From assembly GCA_963724765.1 (NCBI GenBank), contig CAVRVY010000003.1, positions 416,001 to 480,000 on the forward strand: a stretch of 64,000 nucleotides of DNA. The letters run 5' to 3'. Both the position numbers and the translations under genes were made by a program. The stretch is from an uncultured delta proteobacterium. Its GTDB lineage: Bacteria > Desulfobacterota > Binatia > Binatales > Binataceae. The notes beneath the pieces were generated by a model, which was not told the origin of the DNA, searched no databases, and worked only from the letters and a program-made list of their open reading frames with translations. Shown here piece by piece: positions 59,878-64,000 of this stretch (the stretch's first letter is position 1; each line of letters starts with the position of its first letter).

Positions 59878-62172
59878 ATGGCAGCGACGACAGAAGGAAC
59901 CCATCAATTCCGGGTTATCGGAACGCGCCCGATCCGTCACGACGGCGTCGAGAAGGTGACTGGGGCGGCCAGGTACGGAGCCGACTATGCGTTTCCGGGG
60001 ATGCTTTTTGGCAGGGTGCTCCGCAGTCCGCACGCCCACGCGATTATCAAATCGATAAAGACCGACAAGGCGCTCAAGCTGCCCGGGGTAAAGGCGATTG
60101 TGACGGCGGCCGACCTCCCTGAGCTGCCCGACCGCATCGAGCAGGGCGGCGAGCTTCCGATTAACCTGCACCATCTGTCGTGCAACATCCTCGCGCGCGG
60201 CAAAGTGCTGTATGACGGCCATGCGATCGCCGCCGTCGCCGCGACCAGTCCACATATCGCCGAGGAAGCGTTGCGCCTCATCGAGGTCGACTACGAGGTG
60301 CTGCCCCCGGCGATGACGGTCGAGGACGCGATGGCGCCGGGCGCGCCGATCCTGCTGCCGGCGCTCCGCAACAAGGAAGACGGACCCGACAAGCAGACCA
60401 ACGTCGCGGCCCACGTGCAGTTCAAGCGCGGTGACGTCAAGGACGGCTTCAGCAAGGCCGACTTCGTGATCGAGCACAGCTTCAAGACCGCGATGGTGCA
60501 TCAGGGGTATATCGAACCGCACAACGCGGTCGGAATCTACAACTCCGACGGCCACGCCACCATCTACTGCTCGACCCAGGGCAGCTTCCTGGTGCGCTCG
60601 CTGAGCGCCGCGGTGCTCGGAATTCCCGAGGGCAAAATCCGCGTGGTGCCGGCCGAGATCGGCGGCGGCTTCGGCGGCAAAACCACGATTTACCTGGAGC
60701 CGCTCTCGGTGCTGCTCTCGCAGAAGACCGGCCATCCGGTGAAGCTGACGATGAACCGCGCCGAGGTCTTGCGCGCGAGCGGCCCGACCTCGGGCGGAAC
60801 GATCCGCTGCAAGATGGGCGCGACCAAAGACGGCAAGCTCGTGGCGGCCGAGATCTGGATGGCGTACGAGGCGGGCGGTTTCCCGGGCTCGCCGGTGCCG
60901 ATGGGCGCGATGTGTATCGTGGCGCCCTACGACATTCCCAACATCCTCATCGACGCCTACGACGTGGTCGTCAACCGGCCCAAGACCGCGGCCTACCGCG
61001 CTCCGGGCGCGACCAACGCCGCGTTTGCCTCCGAGACCATCATCGATGAGCTCGCCGAAAAGTGCGGCATCGACCAGTGCGACTTCCGTATCCTCAACGG
61101 CGCTCACGAAGGCACGCCGCAGACCGCCGGGCCTCCGTTCAAGCGCATCGGGATGATCGAGACGGTCGAGGCGATCAAGAACAGCCCGCACTACAAGTCC
61201 AAACTCGAGGGCAAGAACCGCGGCCGCGGCGTCGCCACCGGCTTCTGGTTCAACATCGGCTTCCAGTCCTCGGCGATGGTCAATATCCATAACGACGGCA
61301 CTGCCAGCGTGGTCACCGGCTCGGTCGATATCGGCGGATCGCGCGCCTCGATGGCGATAATCACAGCGGAGGTGCTCGGCCTGGATGTCAATGAGGTCCG
61401 CCCGCTGATCGCCGACACCGATTCGATCGGTTATACCGACGTGACCGGCGGCAGCCGCACCACCGTCGCCACCGGGCTTGCAGTCTACGAGGCGGCGCAA
61501 GACGCCGTGCGCCAGCTCAAAGAGCGCGCGGCTAAGCTTTGGGAAAAGAAGCCCGAGGAGGTCGAATTCAACAACGGCTTGCTGAGCGCAAAGGGCAACG
61601 GCATCAAGCCGATGTCAATCAAGGACATCGTTCCTCGGCTCGGCCGTACCGGCGGCCCGATCACCGGACGCGCCACGGTCAACGCACGCGCCGTCGGTCC
61701 GGCCTTCGCCACGACCTGCGTCGATGTCGAAGTCGACCCTGAAACCGGCAAGGTCACGATTCTGCGCGCCACTTGCGCTCAAGACGCCGGCAAGGCGGTC
61801 CATCCGAGCTACGTCGAGGGCCAGATGCAGGGCGGCACCGTGCAGGGCCTCGGCTGGGCGCTCAACGAGGAGTACTTCTACGACGCCAAGGGCCTGCTGC
61901 GTAACTCGGGATTGCTGGACTACCGGATGCCGACTTGCCTCGACCTGCCGATGATCGAAACCTGCATCGTCGAGGTTCCCGCACCCGGCCATCCGATCGG
62001 CTCGCGCGGCGTGGGCGAGGTCTCGATCGTGCCACCGCCGGCCGCGGTCGCCAACGCTATCGCGCACGCCGTGGGCGTACGAATGACCGAGCTGCCGATG
62101 TCGCCGGGACGCGTGCTCAAGGCGATCCTGCACAAAGAAGGCGCAGCGGTGGCGTCAGCCGCGGCCGACTGA
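59878..62172 (+). CDS. Xanthine-oxidase-family molybdopterin large subunit, substrate unknown
   Basis: KVTG.A.Y, RSPHAHA, GGGFGGK, AYRAPG, GGSR, EGQMQGG and GVGE. Confidence 0.9.
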   Translation: MAATTEGTHQFRVIGTRPIRHDGVEKVTGAARYGADYAFPGMLFGRVLRSPHAHAIIKSIKTDKALKLPGVKAIVTAADLPELPDRIEQGGELPINLHHLSCNILARGKVLYDGHAIAAVAATSPHIAEEALRLIEVDYEVLPPAMTVEDAMAPGAPILLPALRNKEDGPDKQTNVAAHVQFKRGDVKDGFSKADFVIEHSFKTAMVHQGYIEPHNAVGIYNSDGHATIYCSTQGSFLVRSLSAAVLGIPEGKIRVVPAEIGGGFGGKTTIYLEPLSVLLSQKTGHPVKLTMNRAEVLRASGPTSGGTIRCKMGATKDGKLVAAEIWMAYEAGGFPGSPVPMGAMCIVAPYDIPNILIDAYDVVVNRPKTAAYRAPGATNAAFASETIIDELAEKCGIDQCDFRILNGAHEGTPQTAGPPFKRIGMIETVEAIKNSPHYKSKLEGKNRGRGVATGFWFNIGFQSSAMVNIHNDGTASVVTGSVDIGGSRASMAIITAEVLGLDVNEVRPLIADTDSIGYTDVTGGSRTTVATGLAVYEAAQDAVRQLKERAAKLWEKKPEEVEFNNGLLSAKGNGIKPMSIKDIVPRLGRTGGPITGRATVNARAVGPAFATTCVDVEVDPETGKVTILRATCAQDAGKAVHPSYVEGQMQGGTVQGLGWALNEEYFYDAKGLLRNSGLLDYRMPTCLDLPMIETCIVEVPAPGHPIGSRGVGEVSIVPPPAAVANAIAHAVGVRMTELPMSPGRVLKAILHKEGAAVASAAAD

Positions 62173-62184
62173 GTATTCGTCAGA

Positions 62185-62218
62185 AAAGGGCCGGGCCCGT
62201 CCTGGGGCCCGGCCCTTT
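62185..62218. terminator. Hairpin terminator after the large subunit
   Basis: AAAGGGCCGGGCCC/GGGCCCGGCCCTTT perfect stem. Confidence 0.7.
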
Positions 62219-62272
62219 CAATTTGTGCCTGCCGCGATTTCATGCCTACCGTGATGTAATGACTGTGAACTT

Positions 62273-62542
62273 ATGCCGACCGTCATAGTCCCCGCGCTGT
62301 TGCGCCCGCTGACCAACGGACAGGAACGCGTCGCCGTACGTGGCGCCACCGTACGCCAGGTCGTCGAAGATCTCGCGCGCCAGTTCCCCGGCATCGAGAA
62401 GCATCTCATCGAGGACGGCGATCTGAAATCGGGCATCGCCGTTTCGGTCGACGGCGAGATGGGGGTCGGAGGCCTGCTCGACCCGGTTAAAGAAACCAGC
62501 GAAGTCTACTTTCTGCCTGCGATCGGCGGCGGCCTCCAATAG
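62273..62542 (+). CDS. MoaD/ThiS family sulfur carrier
   Basis: V.VPALLR..T.G, VSVDGE and LPAIGGG ubiquitin-like C-terminus. Confidence 0.85.
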   Translation: MPTVIVPALLRPLTNGQERVAVRGATVRQVVEDLARQFPGIEKHLIEDGDLKSGIAVSVDGEMGVGGLLDPVKETSEVYFLPAIGGGLQ

Positions 62543-62559
62543 CCGCGGTCCGCTCGAGC

Positions 62560-63873
62560 ATGGCCGAAACTCCTGCCTCTCGCGCTACGCCGGCCGACGC
62601 TGAACGATCGTATCCCGCAATCCCGACCAGCGCCGTAGTCGCAACGGTGCTGGGGAACGCGCTCGAGTTTTACGACTTCACCACCTACGCCTTCTTCGCG
62701 GTGATGATCGGGCGCGCGTTCTTTCCGTCGCACGATCCATTCATCAGCCTGCTGCTTTCGGTTGCCGCGTTCGGGGTCGGCTTTGTCACCCGTCCGCTGG
62801 GAGGCGTCCTGATCGGCGCATACGCCGACCGCGCCGGGCGCAAGCCGGCGATGATGCTGAGTATCGGATTGATGGCGGTGGGGATGGTGCTGCTGGCGGC
62901 GACGCCGCCCTACGCGACGATCGGGCTCGCGGCGCCTTTTCTGGTGGTCTTCGCGCGCCTGATCCAGGGCTTCGCGCTCGGCGGCGAAGTCGGACCTTCC
63001 ACCTCGTATCTGCTGGAAGCCGCGCCGGCGGGAAAGCGCGGGCAGTACGGGGCCTGGCAGATTGCGGGCCAGGGAGCGGCCTCTGCCCTCGCGGGATCGC
63101 TTGGAGTGACACTGTCCCTTCTGCTCGACGCCGACGCCATGCAGTCCTGGGGCTGGCGCATCCCGTTCATCGTCGGCGTCGCCATCGTGCCCGTGGGAAT
63201 CATCATGCGCGGCCAATTGCAGGAGACCGTGGACCTCGGAGCGCGGACCACCCATCCGAGCGCGGGCCACGTGCTCTCCGCCCTGCTCAAGCGTCACACG
63301 CGTCCGCTGATGCTGGCCCTGATGCTGATAACGAGCGGCACGATCGCGACCTATATCGGCGTCTACATGACGACTTACGCGCTCAGCACGCTTCACATGG
63401 CGACCGGCGCGTCGATGAGTGCCACGGTGGTGGTGGGTTTGTGCCTGCTGGTATTCGGGCTGGCTGGCGGATGGATCTCTGACCGGATCGGACGCAAACC
63501 GGTCTATCTAGCCTCCAAGCTGGCGCTGACCGCGGTGGCCTATCCAGCCTTCGCGGTAATTAACCGTCATCACACCCTCGCCGCGCTCCTCCTGATGGCC
63601 GGGCTGATGTCCGCACTGAACGCGCTTGGCGGCGTCGTGCTGGTGGTGATTCCGGAGTGCTTCCCGAAATCCGTGCGCAGCGCGGGCCTGTCGATTGTCT
63701 ATGCGGTCGCGGTCACCGTCTTCGGCGGCACCACGCAAGTCGTCGTGACCTGGCTGATTCATGCCACGGGCAATCCGCTCTCGCCCGCCTGGTATCTGAT
63801 AGCAAGCAGCACGATCGGCGTCGTGGCAATCCTGATGATCGCGGAAACCAGGGACGTCGCGCTGGCGGACTGA
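62560..63873 (+). CDS. MFS transporter, metabolite:H+ symporter family
   Basis: GNALEFYDF, RPLGG, ADRAGRK, ARLIQG..LGGE and SDRIGRK. Confidence 0.93.
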   Translation: MAETPASRATPADAERSYPAIPTSAVVATVLGNALEFYDFTTYAFFAVMIGRAFFPSHDPFISLLLSVAAFGVGFVTRPLGGVLIGAYADRAGRKPAMMLSIGLMAVGMVLLAATPPYATIGLAAPFLVVFARLIQGFALGGEVGPSTSYLLEAAPAGKRGQYGAWQIAGQGAASALAGSLGVTLSLLLDADAMQSWGWRIPFIVGVAIVPVGIIMRGQLQETVDLGARTTHPSAGHVLSALLKRHTRPLMLALMLITSGTIATYIGVYMTTYALSTLHMATGASMSATVVVGLCLLVFGLAGGWISDRIGRKPVYLASKLALTAVAYPAFAVINRHHTLAALLLMAGLMSALNALGGVVLVVIPECFPKSVRSAGLSIVYAVAVTVFGGTTQVVVTWLIHATGNPLSPAWYLIASSTIGVVAILMIAETRDVALAD

Positions 63874-63960
63874 TCGTTCGTCACTTGGCTCATTGGCCGA
63901 TGCGCGGGGGCTCTGATACGCTCCGCCAGACATCTTTTGCGTCAAGGAGGGCCGGAATTC

Positions 63961-64000
63961 ATGCCGCGGATGATGAACGACGCCGCCTTCAGGGCCTACG
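63961..64000 (+). CDS. Start of a gene truncated by the window edge
   Basis: AAGGAGG RBS then ATG, open to the end of the window (MPRMMNDDAAFRAY). Confidence 0.5.
   Translation, partial: MPRMMNDAAFRAY

Noticed and set aside
59878-62172. Aerobic CO dehydrogenase CoxL
   Set aside because: Lacks the AYxCSFR Cu-binding motif and no coxDEFG genes are adjacent

Overview
High-GC bacterial chromosomal window with about 60 CDS. I found no rRNA, tRNA, CRISPR array, transposase or integrase. Gene content and style suggest an uncultured Deltaproteobacteria-like lineage such as Candidatus Binatia, which is my inference and was not tested. Recognisable housekeeping and metabolic genes include cysS, ltaE, fabG, iscA, queG, lutBCA, phaC, mscL, class II nrdJ, dciA, thpR-recA, a DEAD-box helicase, an acyl-CoA dehydrogenase plus kinase pair, a xanthine-oxidase-family molybdoenzyme (M-S-L) with MoaD, and a hybrid histidine kinase. 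The strongest candidate for an undescribed system is an exbB-exbD-exbD operon (2626-5582) whose TonB-position gene keeps a TonB-like SxxxH helix and Pro/Gly linker but ends in a vWA/MIDAS domain. Other leads are: (a) many short tandem arrays that drift stepwise and often begin at stop or start codons; (b) a stand-alone LeuA/CimA allosteric domain; (c) a pair of secreted paralogues sharing an unnamed domain; (d) a Zn-ribbon/TPR protein with a duplicated Met-rich domain; (e) DnaA boxes in the nrdJ/dciA divergent spacer; (f) a G-rich two-terminator element behind nrdJ. All calls are by eye from motifs. No database searches were run.
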